From an uncultured delta proteobacterium (GTDB lineage: Bacteria; Desulfobacterota; Syntrophia; Syntrophales; UBA2185), in NCBI GenBank assembly GCA_963695875.1, contig CAVOID010000004.1, forward strand, positions 64,001 through 128,000: a DNA stretch of 64,000 nucleotides. The letters run 5' to 3'. Positions within the stretch are counted from its first letter, which is position 1. Each line of letters opens with the position of its first letter. This document shows positions 1-10,339 of this stretch, piece by piece. Position numbers and translations under genes: made by a program. Under the pieces are notes generated by a model. That model made no database searches. It was not told the DNA's origin and worked only from the letters and a program-made list of their open reading frames with translations.

Positions 1-540
1 TACCGGTAGTCCTCAAGATAGCATCGCCGGATATAGCCCATAAAAGCGATGTCGGCGGTGTACGTCTTAGTCTGTCAACCGATGAAGAAGTGCGCGCTGC
101 TTATCGGGAAATCATGGCAGGCGCTGCATCCCATGCCCCCCAGGCGAAGGTTGAGGGGGTGACCGTGTCACCGATGGCCGCGCCCGGCGGTTCGGAAGTT
201 ATCGTAGGAGTCTTCACCGATCCTCAGTATGGCCCTACCATGATGTTTGGCTTGGGGGGGATTTTTACCGAGATATTCAAGGATGTGCAGTTCTGCCTGC
301 TGCCTGCATTCGGAGGAAGAACTGTGGCAAACGGTACGATCCATCGTTGGTTACCCTGTCCTTGCCGGTATCCGGGGCCAGGCGCCCAAAGATTTGAAGG
401 CACTGATAGAAGTCATGAAAGGTGTGTCTAAACTTGCTATCGATAATCCTGAATTAGATCAGATCGATCTTAACCCGGTGCTGGTTTACGAGCAGGGCGT
501 CCGTGTTGTGGATGCCAGGATATTCAGGCGGATTTCATAG
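1..540 (+). CDS. Acetate--CoA ligase (ADP-forming) family protein, C-terminal ATP-grasp region (5' truncated by the window; frameshift near 300-320)
   Basis: Motifs IAHKSDVGGV, EVIVG..DPQYGP..MFGLGGIFTE and QIDLNPVLV..G..VVDARI are split over two overlapping ORFs. Confidence 0.8.
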
Positions 541-616
541 TATATTATGAGGGTACATGGCGAAGAGCATATAAGATCCTATCGACAATCTAAAAAGAAG
601 GTAATTTCCTGATTGC

Positions 617-1051
617 TCAATGGAGTTTAAAGTCTTTCACCAGGTTGGCCAGGATTAATCCGAAGAAACTTTCCCCACCTGACTGGTAATGCCAGCCCAG
701 GTGGGAGAAACAATGTGCACATAACGCAACACACCAACTGAATCCTTTAAACCAGGTGACATCATAAGTGGGAATACCATAAGTGAAACATCCCCAGGCA
801 CTTGAAAAACAGCCGATGTGGAATGTTATTCCTGCAGGGTTTTTAAAAATGTGTGCATGCTGTCCATTGACAGTTATGCTATGTTCCATAGTTGTGATCT
901 CACTCTTGCAATTTTTGCAGAGGATTGACTCTTTCTCGTTTTCCGTCTCAGTCTCCGGTGATATTTTCGAGCAAACTTCCTCGATCTCCTCTTCCGAAGA
1001 CTTCTTGAAGGTCCGCAAATAATCTATCCGATCTCTACCTTGAACAAGCAT
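617..1051 (-). CDS. Cereblon-like (CULT domain) protein
   Basis: CxxC...HIFKNPAG..F.IGCF...TWFKGFSW...CxxC..HLGWHY gives the Zn ligands and the tri-Trp pocket. Confidence 0.85.
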   Translation of the reverse strand: MLVQGRDRIDYLRTFKKSSEEEIEEVCSKISPETETENEKESILCKNCKSEITTMEHSITVNGQHAHIFKNPAGITFHIGCFSSAWGCFTYGIPTYDVTWFKGFSWCVALCAHCFSHLGWHYQSGGESFFGLILANLVKDFKLH

Positions 1052-1790
1052 GGGTCAACATTGGGTTATTACTTTTTTAGATTTTACCTAATTTGGTGCA
1101 TTAAATCAAATTAACAAAAGAACCGACAGTTATCTCAGAGGAACTATGAATATCAGGGTTCGTGATGATCATACAATAGATATTATACTTGTAAAAAATT
1201 CCGACACTTATAATTGATAATGAACGAAGAAATGTATAAAAGTTTATAAATTACAATTAATTATGACAATTATCTGATGTTGTAAAGAATATCGACATCT
1301 TGAGACATAGCAAATTAAAATCCATAAAAATTCAATGAAATTGATAAGTTTTAGAATATAAAGAACACCGCTTGCAATAATGTCCTATTGATTAAGAATA
1401 TAAACTTATTTCTTATGTTCTAGTCAAATATGAATAGAGATTTACCGTTACTGAACATGGACTTATTTCATAACACGCTGTATCAATATCATTTTATATT
1501 GCCGATATAGTAATCCTCATAACACTTGCTGATAAGCACGATAGTCGGATTTCTTTACAATATTATGCAGCGATCGAGTTCTATTTGATTTCCCCCAAAC
1601 GCCAGAAAGCCATTTATAATCTTTATATTCAAATACTTATCTTCTTTAGCGTCCCATCAGAATTTCAGCTGGTATAATTATTGTATAACATCGTATGATA
1701 TTAAAGGTGTAATTATACGTAATTTTCTCAATTTGTAACTAATAGTTGAACATGGTGAAACTTATATTCATTGAGGAGTGAAAAGACACT

Positions 1791-1967
1791 ATGAGAGAAA
1801 ATGACGCGGATGTGAAATTAGGTTTGAGGACTTTGAATGAAGTGGAAGCCCTCAATTTATCTATATCAAAATATTTTGAAGGTAAATCAGAGTCGCCGCC
1901 GTTGAAGAGGGATGAGTCTTTGATCCTATCTGCCCTGACTATATATTTTCATGGTGTTTTAAAATAA
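1791..1967 (+). CDS. Small hypothetical protein (58 aa, below the ORF-track cut-off)
   Basis: GAGGAG at 1773-1778, then an open frame MRENDADVKLGLRTLNEVEAL...GVLK* in an AT-rich background. Confidence 0.35.
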   Translation: MRENDADVKLGLRTLNEVEALNLSISKYFEGKSESPPLKRDESLILSALTIYFHGVLK

Positions 1968-1985
1968 CTTTAAAACCATGCCCTT

Positions 1986-2282
1986 ATGCATGGCATCAAC
2001 ACGGAAAATTTTATGAATGGAATTTGCATAGTCAGTCGTGAAAGTTACATCAAGGCACGCATCATTAAAATTAAGACGACGAATGAGTGCTGTATCGACG
2101 AAACGATCAAACTGGCATCCAATGGGATTTCATTAATGCTGTTAAGCCATGCACGAGTATCGGATGGATACCAGATGTTCCTTGAATCAGAGGCTGATGG
2201 AAAAATAATATGTCAGCAGATATTAGATGCATTGTTGCGTATGCCTGATGGTAACGTTGTAATTGAAAGAATCAATTGTTGA
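1986..2282 (+). CDS. Hypothetical protein
   Basis: 98-aa ORF in an AT-rich region; no recognised motif. Confidence 0.35.
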   Translation: MHGINTENFMNGICIVSRESYIKARIIKIKTTNECCIDETIKLASNGISLMLLSHARVSDGYQMFLESEADGKIICQQILDALLRMPDGNVVIERINC

Positions 2283-2477
2283 ATCCCCCCAAAGCCGTAC
2301 CTCACAAATGATGCTCTTTTACCACGTAGCTATCATTTTATAAGATCCTGAGGCGGTATTATCTTTAAGTCCCCAATTGTGATCTTATTTCATGCCGCAC
2401 CTTATAAGGCAGCGAGTATCTATTGTATGGCAAAGCTCTGGATTTTACCCCTCGAAGGCAAAGGCATAGACGTTGTC

Positions 2478-2596
2478 TGAATCCGGTAGCGAGCGCATTC
2501 CCCGTAGCTTGCTGCGGGGTAAGCGAGCGAATGGGGAACATTATTATTCCTTGTGGATCGAAGATTCTCCGCAGTTTACTGCGGAGAGCTTCAATT
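2478..2596. repeat. ~120-bp palindromic repeat (MITE/REP-like), copy 1
   Basis: Near-identical to 21240-21356; internal hairpins CCCCGTAGC-TT-GCTGCGGGG and CTCCGCAGT-TT-ACTGCGGAG. Confidence 0.9.
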
Positions 2597-2800
2597 CCAG
2601 CAAAAAACTTGTCTCCTTAATACTGTGCGATGTTTTAGTCTGTTTAGAAATTTTCTAAAAAATTAGTTGATTATGATGAAAAAGAATGTATTATTCACCA
2701 TATAGTTACATCAGTGCCTGGTGTAAATTGCTCAAAAAAAAGACAGACCAAATCATCTATAATTGAAATTGTACCGTCAAAGTTCTTAAAGGAGCGAAAG

Positions 2801-3157
2801 ATGGCTAATGGGAAAGATAAAGAGAGACGTCATCACTCGAGAAAAGCAATTTTAGCTCCGACGTTAATTAAGAAATACGATCTAGTAGGAACAACGTTAT
2901 GTACTGGAGCGATAACGAATATTTCACTCGGTGGTGTACGAATTACAATACCCAAAGATGTGAAGTGCGAAATATCGTTAGATCCACAAACGTCCAAATT
3001 TGAAATAGTTTTCACTTTGCCCAATGAGAAAAGACCGATATGTCTCGCATGTGAATCATGTAGGGTTGTTAATTCCGAAGAAAGCATCCATGTTGGAGCA
3101 GCCTTTATTGATGCTGATTTACAAAGCTACAAGGCACTTCAAGCATATCTTATGTAG
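2801..3157 (+). CDS. PilZ domain (c-di-GMP binding) protein
   Basis: RxxxR (RHHSR) and NISLGG motifs; AAGGAG upstream of ATG 2801. Confidence 0.8.
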   Translation: MANGKDKERRHHSRKAILAPTLIKKYDLVGTTLCTGAITNISLGGVRITIPKDVKCEISLDPQTSKFEIVFTLPNEKRPICLACESCRVVNSEESIHVGAAFIDADLQSYKALQAYLM

Positions 3158-3374
3158 CACGTATCCTGTCTCAGAAAATAGCTGTACCCCTCAAGCGTGT
3201 GTTAACCCTGCCAGCAGTATATCTGAAAAATCATTTTTAACCGTTCAGTCTGATCTTCTTCATTTTTTGGAGAAGCATGATTCTATTTTCCGTGTAAGGT
3301 GACATTCATTTGTTCTCAACAGGCAATTGATTCTCTTGACAAGCCTCTCATACCTGTGTTACGCATCCCACTAA

Positions 3375-3528
3375 CACGGGTAGTCCGAAAGGACGTGAGG
3401 GAAGGCGGTGCAAATCCGCCACGGGCCCGCCGCTGTAACCGGGGACGAAAACCGCAAGAGCCACTTTCCTCTCAGGATGGGAAGGCGCGGCAAGTAGAAA
3501 GAGCCGGAAGTCAGAAGACCTGCCTGTG
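3375..3528 (+). ncRNA. Cobalamin riboswitch
   Basis: AGGGAA-GGCGGTGCAAATCCGCC...CCCGCCGCTGTAA...GCCACT...GGGAAGG...AGTCAGAAGACCTGCC core; P1 is CACGGGTAG/CTGCCTGTG; lies directly upstream of cob genes. Confidence 0.95.
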
Positions 3529-3640
3529 GACCACAGAAAGTTTTGACATGTGCGCGGTGCAGTCAAAACTGAATCTACCGGAGATGAAAAACGGCATCCA
3601 CGGATCAGTCAATGGTCCGTGGATTTTTTTTAAGGTGTTT

Positions 3641-4261
3641 ATGGCTCGAAAATTGTTGCTTCTAAGACACGGCGATGTTGGTGATGAATACCATGACCGG
3701 TACATCGGAAGCACAAACGTCTCCCTGAGTGAACGGGGACATCAACAGGTGAGAACAATAAGCGCATGGCTCCGCAGTCAAAGTATAGATTGCTGTTATT
3801 GCAGCCCCCTGAAGCGATGCAAAGAAACGGCCGCAATTGTACTGGACCGGAGTAGTGTGGACTATAAGGTTGACCCGGACCTGCGGGAAATTGACTTTGG
3901 TAGGTGGGAAGGCCTGTCCTTTGCTGATATAGTGCAGGAGTTTCCCGATGAGGTAAAAAGGTGGTCCGATTTCGACATGGATTTTGCCTTTCCGGACGGT
4001 GAGAGAATCGGTGATTGTGTCAAAAGGATCGTCGGAATTGCAGATCGTCTAGCAGAAGATCCCGCCGACACCGTTCTGGTATGTACTCATGGAGGCATCA
4101 TACGGCTTTTGATATGTTATTTTCTCGGTCTCGAACCATGGCAGTATATCCTTTTCCGGGTAGAACGCGCCTCGGTTACAACTATCGCTTTGTTTGACGG
4201 CGCCGGCCTGCTGTGTGGGCTGAATGAAACAGGCAAGGCCGTTGAGGAGGCCGAGGGGTAA
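3641..4261 (+). CDS. cobC: Histidine phosphatase, alpha-ribazole phosphatase
   Basis: LLRHG, SPLKRC, LREIDFGRWEG and THGG motifs; first gene of the cob operon. Confidence 0.85.
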   Translation: MARKLLLLRHGDVGDEYHDRYIGSTNVSLSERGHQQVRTISAWLRSQSIDCCYCSPLKRCKETAAIVLDRSSVDYKVDPDLREIDFGRWEGLSFADIVQEFPDEVKRWSDFDMDFAFPDGERIGDCVKRIVGIADRLAEDPADTVLVCTHGGIIRLLICYFLGLEPWQYILFRVERASVTTIALFDGAGLLCGLNETGKAVEEAEG

Positions 4262-4266
4262 GATAT

Positions 4267-4818
4267 ATGGCAAGAATCATCCTCATAACAGGCGGCAGCA
4301 GAAGCGGTAAAAGCGCATATGCGCAGACTTTTGCTGAATCTATTTCCGGTATTCGAACCTATATCGCAACCTGTCCCTGCATCGATGAGGAAATGGAGAA
4401 GCGCATTCGTAAGCACAGAGAAGCGCGGCAAGCGGCATCCTGGCAGACCATCGAAGAGACGAAAGACCTTGCAGGCGCATTGCAAAGGGCAAGGGGAAGC
4501 CAGGTGATCATGGTTGACTGCCTTACCTTATGGATCAATAATCTCATGTATGAAGCCGAGTTGCAAGGTAAGGATATCACCGAGGAGGATATAGCCGTGT
4601 TGTGCAGAGATGTTCTCGGAGTTTGTGATGATCTTTCCTGCACGGTTATTTTTGTAACCAATGAGGTTGGAATGGGAATCATTCCCGAAAATCCCGCCTC
4701 CCGCCTTTATCGGGATCTTGCGGGACGGTGCAATCAGATAATAGCGGGCCGCGCCGACGCTGTCACTTTCATGATAAGCGGCCTCCCCTTGAATATCAAA
4801 GGAGATAAAATAATATGA
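4267..4818 (+). CDS. cobU: Adenosylcobinamide kinase/guanylyltransferase
   Basis: GGSRSGKS, YIAT, DCLTLW and NEVGMGI motifs. Confidence 0.95.
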   Translation: MARIILITGGSRSGKSAYAQTFAESISGIRTYIATCPCIDEEMEKRIRKHREARQAASWQTIEETKDLAGALQRARGSQVIMVDCLTLWINNLMYEAELQGKDITEEDIAVLCRDVLGVCDDLSCTVIFVTNEVGMGIIPENPASRLYRDLAGRCNQIIAGRADAVTFMISGLPLNIKGDKII

Positions 4819-5879
4819 ACTTGCTTGGATCGACTATTAAAAAGATAGCCCCCCAGGACGCGGACGCCCGCAAACGGGCAAGGACAAGGCTTGAACAGCT
4901 CACCATGCCATACTGGGCGCTCGGCCGGTTGATGGACCTGGCCGAGGAATTGGCGGGAATTACCGGATCGATAAAACCGCCTGTAGGACGAAAGACTGTA
5001 GTCACCATGGCAGGTGATCATGGAATTGCTGCGGCTGGAGTTAGCAAATATCCGCAGGAAGTGACCGTGCAGATGGTATATAACTTCGTGAACGGCGGCG
5101 CCGGTATCAATGCCCTGGCAAGGCTTGTCGGCGCCCGGGTAGTGGTCGTTGATATGGGCGTGGCCGGAGACCTGAGCGCACTGGTTAAAGGGGGAAAGAT
5201 TATTTCCAAGAAGGTGGCAGCAGGGACAAAAAATATGGTAACCGGGCCGGCAATGTCCCGGGATGAGGCGGTTCGCTCTCTGGAAGGTGGAATTGAAGTG
5301 GCCCAGGAACTGGGGGCATCGACTGACATCTTCGGGACAGGCGATATGGGAATCGGCAACACCTCTCCCAGCGCTGCGATCATTAACATATTCAGTGGTT
5401 CTTCGGTCTCCGAGATAGCGGGCCGTGGCACAGGGATAGATGATGGGCAGCTGCTGCATAAAGTTGCGATGATCGAAAAAGCCATCGAGGTAAATAAACC
5501 CAATCCTGATGACGCCCTTGATGTCCTGGCAAAAGTAGGTGGATTTGAGATCGGTGGGATAGCCGGTTTAATTTTGGGTGCTGCCTCCATGAGAAAGCCC
5601 GTTCTCATCGATGGATTTATATCCACGGCCGGTGCGCTGATTGCCGCTAATTTAGCTCCGGCTGCCCGCGAATACATGATCGCCTCTCATCGCAGCATGG
5701 AGAAAGGACATAAAATCGCCCTCGATTGTCTGGGGAAAAAACCTCTCCTGGATCTGGATCTCAGGCTCGGTGAGGGAACGGGCGCGGCTCTCTCCATGAA
5801 CCTGGTAGAAGCTGCCGTTCGGATTATTACCGAAGTAGCCACCTTTGAAGAGGCGGCTGTATCTAAGGCGGATAAATGA
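4815..5879 (+). CDS. cobT: Nicotinate-nucleotide--dimethylbenzimidazole phosphoribosyltransferase
   Basis: AGDHG, GDMGIGNT, GRGTG and LRLGEGTGA motifs. Confidence 0.95.
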   Translation: MNLLGSTIKKIAPQDADARKRARTRLEQLTMPYWALGRLMDLAEELAGITGSIKPPVGRKTVVTMAGDHGIAAAGVSKYPQEVTVQMVYNFVNGGAGINALARLVGARVVVVDMGVAGDLSALVKGGKIISKKVAAGTKNMVTGPAMSRDEAVRSLEGGIEVAQELGASTDIFGTGDMGIGNTSPSAAIINIFSGSSVSEIAGRGTGIDDGQLLHKVAMIEKAIEVNKPNPDDALDVLAKVGGFEIGGIAGLILGAASMRKPVLIDGFISTAGALIAANLAPAAREYMIASHRSMEKGHKIALDCLGKKPLLDLDLRLGEGTGAALSMNLVEAAVRIITEVATFEEAAVSKADK

Positions 5880-5884
5880 AACCA

Positions 5885-6158
5885 CACGACTTCGTAAAAA
5901 GTCCATATGCTGTGTTGCGCTTCATCCGGAGCCTGTTCCGAGTGAAGCGAGGAATCTCCGAGTTTGCTTCGGCTGCGCCTCGCAACCATTGCAGCGTCCG
6001 TCTGTGTACGCCTCATTCCTCAGTGCTCTGGGAGCGCCTGCCAGAGCCTGCCGGGAGACAGGCGATGGTGCGCGATGCATAAAGTGAGTCCTTGCCAGTG
6101 CGCGCCGCAAGGCAAGCAAATCGCGCGCCTTGCCTATGGAACTTTTTACAAAGCCGTC
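5885..6158. mobile_element. MITE with terminal inverted repeats and extra internal modules
   Basis: Ends cACGACTTCGTAAAAAGT ... ACTTTTTACAAAGCCGTC; core shared with 15657-15782. Confidence 0.8.
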
Positions 6159-6184
6159 TATTACCCATTCATCCTTAATGTATT

Positions 6185-6937
6185 ATGATATTACCATTAT
6201 TAGCAGCCATCCAGTTTCTGACCGTTATCCCATTTCCAAAGAGTTTCGTGGGTGGTGAAAAGGAACTTGAGAAATGTGTGCCCTATTTCCCTATCGTTGG
6301 CTTACTTATCGGTATTATCGTAGCGGCTTTTGACCACATCATTGGCTTCGTCCTTCCACCATTGCCAGTAAGTGTGATTACTGCGATTGCTATGACTTGT
6401 ATATCGGGGGGATTGCATATGGACGGCTTGGCGGATACGGCAGACGGTTTTTTCAGTGCCCGGCCGCGCGATAAAATTCTTGCAATCATGAGGGACAGCC
6501 GGACCGGTGTCATGGGGGTAGTCGCTGTTGTATTTTTGATTATTCTGAAGGTTTCCCTATTGATGTCTCTCTCCCCGCTTTTCCGTACCGGTATCATTAT
6601 CCTGATGCCCCTGGCGGGACGATGTTCCCTGGTAATGATGATGACTGCGCTCTCCTATGTCAGAAGCGAGGGTGGTCTCGCGACAGCGTTCGGTAAGAGG
6701 AAATCCTGGTTGAATGTCCTCTGGGCATCGGCATTCCTTCTCACTGCAGGGTGGATTGCCGCTCACGGACTTGGCCTTGTTGTAAGTGTTTCATCACTTC
6801 TCGTGGCTGCACTGTTCTTGGTTTACTGTTTCCGGAAGATTGGCGGATATACAGGTGATACTCTGGGTGCTGTTTGTGAGATTACAGAGATTATTCCGGC
6901 CCTAGCGGCTGTCGCCATGGGCAGGATTTTGACCTGA
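6185..6937 (+). CDS. cobS: Adenosylcobinamide-GDP ribazoletransferase
   Basis: GGLHMDGLADTADG, MRDSRTG and GGYTGDTLGA motifs. Confidence 0.95.
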   Translation: MILPLLAAIQFLTVIPFPKSFVGGEKELEKCVPYFPIVGLLIGIIVAAFDHIIGFVLPPLPVSVITAIAMTCISGGLHMDGLADTADGFFSARPRDKILAIMRDSRTGVMGVVAVVFLIILKVSLLMSLSPLFRTGIIILMPLAGRCSLVMMMTALSYVRSEGGLATAFGKRKSWLNVLWASAFLLTAGWIAAHGLGLVVSVSSLLVAALFLVYCFRKIGGYTGDTLGAVCEITEIIPALAAVAMGRILT

Positions 6938-6984
6938 ACAACCTGGTGAAAAGTCTGTTTTTCAACACCCTCTGAAGATTTCAC

Positions 6985-7932
6985 ATGAAACTGGAATATC
7001 AGATTATTGTCGCTCTTGCTTTGGATCTGCTCGTAGGCGACCCGCGCTGGTTTCCCCATCCGGTGAAACTGATAGGGCGTTTCGCTGTTTTTCTGGAGAA
7101 ACCGCTGAGAAAATTCTTCCAGAATCCCCGCATCGCCGGTTTGACAGCGGTTATTTCTGTACTTGCAGTTACGGGACTGGCAACACTTGCAATAATAATG
7201 GCTGCCGGCCTTTTGCATCCCCTCGTTGCCGATGCGGTTTCCATCATTCTTCTCTATACGACCTTTGCCGCGAAGGATCTCATCATGCACAGCTTAAATG
7301 TGTATAAGGGATTGAAAGAGGGAAGTCTTGAGAAAGCCAGGCAAAAGGTTGCCCTCCTGGTGGGCAGGGATACCGATAGCCTCGATGAAACCGGCATTAT
7401 CCGTGCGACCGTGGAAAGCGTTGCCGAAAATACCGTAGACGGTGTAACAGCGCCATTATTTTTTGCTGTCCTTGCGGGGCCCGTGGGGGCAATGCTTTAT
7501 AAGGCTGTCAATACCCTTGACTCTACTTTTGGATACAGGAATGAGCGATATATAGAATTTGGCTGGGCCGCGGCAAGGCTGGATGATCTCGTTAACTTCA
7601 TACCGGCCAGATTGACTGCGTTGCTGATCCCTTTCGCTGCTTTTTTTCTGGGACTCAGCCCGTTGAACTCCTTTAAAATGATCTTCCGGGATCGAAAAAA
7701 ACATCCCAGCCCCAATTCAGGACTGGCGGAAGCTGCCGTTGCGGGAGCACTGGGAGTGCAACTTGGAGGACTGAATTATTACTTTGGACAGCCATCCTTC
7801 AGAGCAACCCTCGGAGATCCCATCAGAGAGCTGAGTAAGAGAGATATACTGAAGGCAAATGCCCTTACGCTTATCACGCTAATTCTTGCAGCTATCGTTT
7901 TTCTTGCTGTCAGGCTGTGTCTTTATCTGTAA
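6985..7932 (+). CDS. cbiB: Adenosylcobinamide-phosphate synthase
   Basis: GDP...HPV, VGRDT, ESVAEN..DGV.AP, YKAVNTLDS and SPNSG motifs. Confidence 0.95.
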   Translation: MKLEYQIIVALALDLLVGDPRWFPHPVKLIGRFAVFLEKPLRKFFQNPRIAGLTAVISVLAVTGLATLAIIMAAGLLHPLVADAVSIILLYTTFAAKDLIMHSLNVYKGLKEGSLEKARQKVALLVGRDTDSLDETGIIRATVESVAENTVDGVTAPLFFAVLAGPVGAMLYKAVNTLDSTFGYRNERYIEFGWAAARLDDLVNFIPARLTALLIPFAAFFLGLSPLNSFKMIFRDRKKHPSPNSGLAEAAVAGALGVQLGGLNYYFGQPSFRATLGDPIRELSKRDILKANALTLITLILAAIVFLAVRLCLYL

Positions 7933-8354
7933 ATGTGAAGCTCTCCGCCCGCAGGGCGGGGCTTGCGGGATGTGCTCCCGGTCAGGACTTCACCTGGCAG
8001 GCAATGTCGAATTTGGTCTCGACTGATAACTGCTAATCTTCAGAATCACTCATTAATAAAGCGAACGATTTCTATTTGAACCCCACATGCCGACTCCCAC
8101 GACATAAGAAATAATGAAAATTATAGTTGCACTTAAGGCCTCGCTTCATTTATTAGATGGTATAACATGAATCATATGGGAAAAAGGTCGAAGGCAACTT
8201 GTGGTTTGAGAGCTCCGGATTTGAAACTGACCCAAGCAGTAATAGATATATAACAATGTTGTCATAGAGCGCGCAGGAGAAATTTTTTGCATCAGCCGGC
8301 TTAAGGATTTATAAAAGTAGCACTTCTTGAACGATTGATTTTTAGGCGGGAAAA

Positions 8355-9641
8355 ATGAAGAAAAAAACCATGCATGGCAGAAGTGATATAGAAAAACTGC
8401 GCGAGAGTGAGCAGCTTTTTCAAACCTTAACAGAACGCTCTCTTTTGGGAATCTACGTAGTGCAGGACGGCCTGTTCAAATCAGCTAACCCTAACGCCGC
8501 TTCATATGCCGGTTACACACCTGAAGATCTTGTAGGCAAAGAATCAAACTCTATCGTTCACCCGGAAGACAGGGAGTTACAGAGGGAGGGGGCTATCAAT
8601 ATGCTCAAAGGGAAACGCTCTTCTCCTCACGAATTCAGGATCATCGGCAAAAACGGCGAAACCCACTGGATTATGGAGACAGTTACACCCATTGTTTTCA
8701 AGGGTAGACCTGCCATCCTGGGAAACTCCATGGATATCACCGAACATAAACGGAAGGAAGAAGCCCTTCGAGAATCAGAGCGACGCCTGGCAGATATTAT
8801 TGATTTTCTCCCTGATGCAACCCTTGCCATCGACCGGCGCGGAAAGGTTATTGCCTGGAATCGTGCCATGGAGGAGATGACGGGGGTTAAGGCTCCCGAT
8901 ATGCTGGGTAAAGAAGACTATGAGTATGCCCTGCCGTTTTATGGCATGCGAAGGCCCATCCTTCTGGATCTGGTACTGAAACCGGATAAAGAAATTGAGC
9001 AGAGTTATTATTCTATTCTCAAGAAGGAGAAGGATCTCCTTATAGTAGAGAAATGGATTCCTTTTTTACATCGGAGGATGGCCTTTATATGGGCAAAGGC
9101 AAGTCCCCTCTATGATAGCAGGGGGAACATCATGGGTGCCATCGAGTCGATCCGCGACATTACCGAACGCAAGGTTGCGGAGGAGGCGCTGGAGAAAAGG
9201 GAAAAAGAGCTTGAGACCAAGACACTTGAGCTCGAAGACCTGAACGCTGCCTTAAGAGTTTTGCTGAAACAGAGAGAAGAGGATAGAAGCGAGCTTGAAC
9301 AAAAGGTCCTATCGAACATCAAGGTCCTTGTCCTGCCGCATATGGAGAAATTGAAAAACCATGTAGATCTGAAGGGTATGTCTTATGTACACGTTCTTGA
9401 ATCGAATCTAATAGACATCGTATCCCCCTTTGCCCAGAAATTGTCAGTCAAGTATATGAATCTTACTAAAAGAGAAGTGCAGATCGCCAATCTTATTAAG
9501 GAGGGGAAGACTACTAAGGAGATATCGTCATTTCTAAATGTTTCTGAAAGTGCGGTCAATGTATTCCGCTATCATATAAGACATAAACTGGGCCTGACAA
9601 AAAAACATAATCTTGGCTCCTATCTTTCATCCCTTGCCTAA
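8355..9641 (+). CDS. PAS-PAS-LuxR family transcriptional regulator
   Basis: Two PAS/PAC repeats (DITE.K) and a C-terminal LT.RE..IA.LI..G.TTKEI HTH. Confidence 0.9.
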   Translation: MKKKTMHGRSDIEKLRESEQLFQTLTERSLLGIYVVQDGLFKSANPNAASYAGYTPEDLVGKESNSIVHPEDRELQREGAINMLKGKRSSPHEFRIIGKNGETHWIMETVTPIVFKGRPAILGNSMDITEHKRKEEALRESERRLADIIDFLPDATLAIDRRGKVIAWNRAMEEMTGVKAPDMLGKEDYEYALPFYGMRRPILLDLVLKPDKEIEQSYYSILKKEKDLLIVEKWIPFLHRRMAFIWAKASPLYDSRGNIMGAIESIRDITERKVAEEALEKREKELETKTLELEDLNAALRVLLKQREEDRSELEQKVLSNIKVLVLPHMEKLKNHVDLKGMSYVHVLESNLIDIVSPFAQKLSVKYMNLTKREVQIANLIKEGKTTKEISSFLNVSESAVNVFRYHIRHKLGLTKKHNLGSYLSSLA

Positions 9642-10339
9642 GAAGTTAAGAATCGAGAAAAGGCTTTAGGGAGGAAGCCGACATTCTTAGCAACGGCGTC
9701 AAATTGGTTTTGCCTTTTTTTAGTTCCTAAGAATTAACGACGTCCATTTGAGATGTAGTGTGGATGAGCTTGACTAGTAAAAATGGTGTTTCCACATGAG
9801 GATCTCCCGTGCGAATGGAATAGTTATGAGGAAGAATGCTATCCGGGAAGCAATTGCCATGATTTTCGTCACACCATTTCTTGTCGTGATTGGTGTTCTT
9901 GCCATTAGGTTAAGTCTTTGATAAACTTTTTGTTGCAGTGCCGCCCATGCTTGCATGATGAAAGCCGCAATGAGGATCATCATTGTAAATGCCAACAACC
10001 AATTATTTCTGTTCATTATTTGAATCATCTCTCTGCAGCCTTTCTTAATTATTTCTAGCAAAAATTTTCTTGTGCAAATCTAAATTTAGCTGAAGTTTTT
10101 AAATACATTTGTATATTTTGATTAATTAATAACTCAAGAAATGTGCCATTAAAGACATTTTATTGAAATCATTCAGTAATAGCAATTATTTGACAATCTA
10201 TAATCATATATTAAGAACAAATATGTATTATTTTTAATGATAAAACGAACATTATCGCCAATTTTTTCACTCTAATATAAATCGATGCAAAATAATTTTA
10301 TCCAAAATAATGGAATATGTTTAAATTGATTTTTCATTT

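Noticed and set aside
2423..2658. Small ORFs here and at 21028-21372, 5845-6188 and 15709-15918
   Set aside because: They are chance translations of repeat/MITE sequence; the same peptides recur at each copy.
3299..3640. 114-aa N-terminal extension of CobC
   Set aside because: It overlaps the cobalamin riboswitch; phosphatase homology starts at ATG 3641.
9774..10061. Small membrane protein gene
   Set aside because: Competing short hydrophobic ORFs exist on both strands, and the upstream sigma54-like site is imperfect (TGGCAC-N5-TTGAG); I cannot choose between them.
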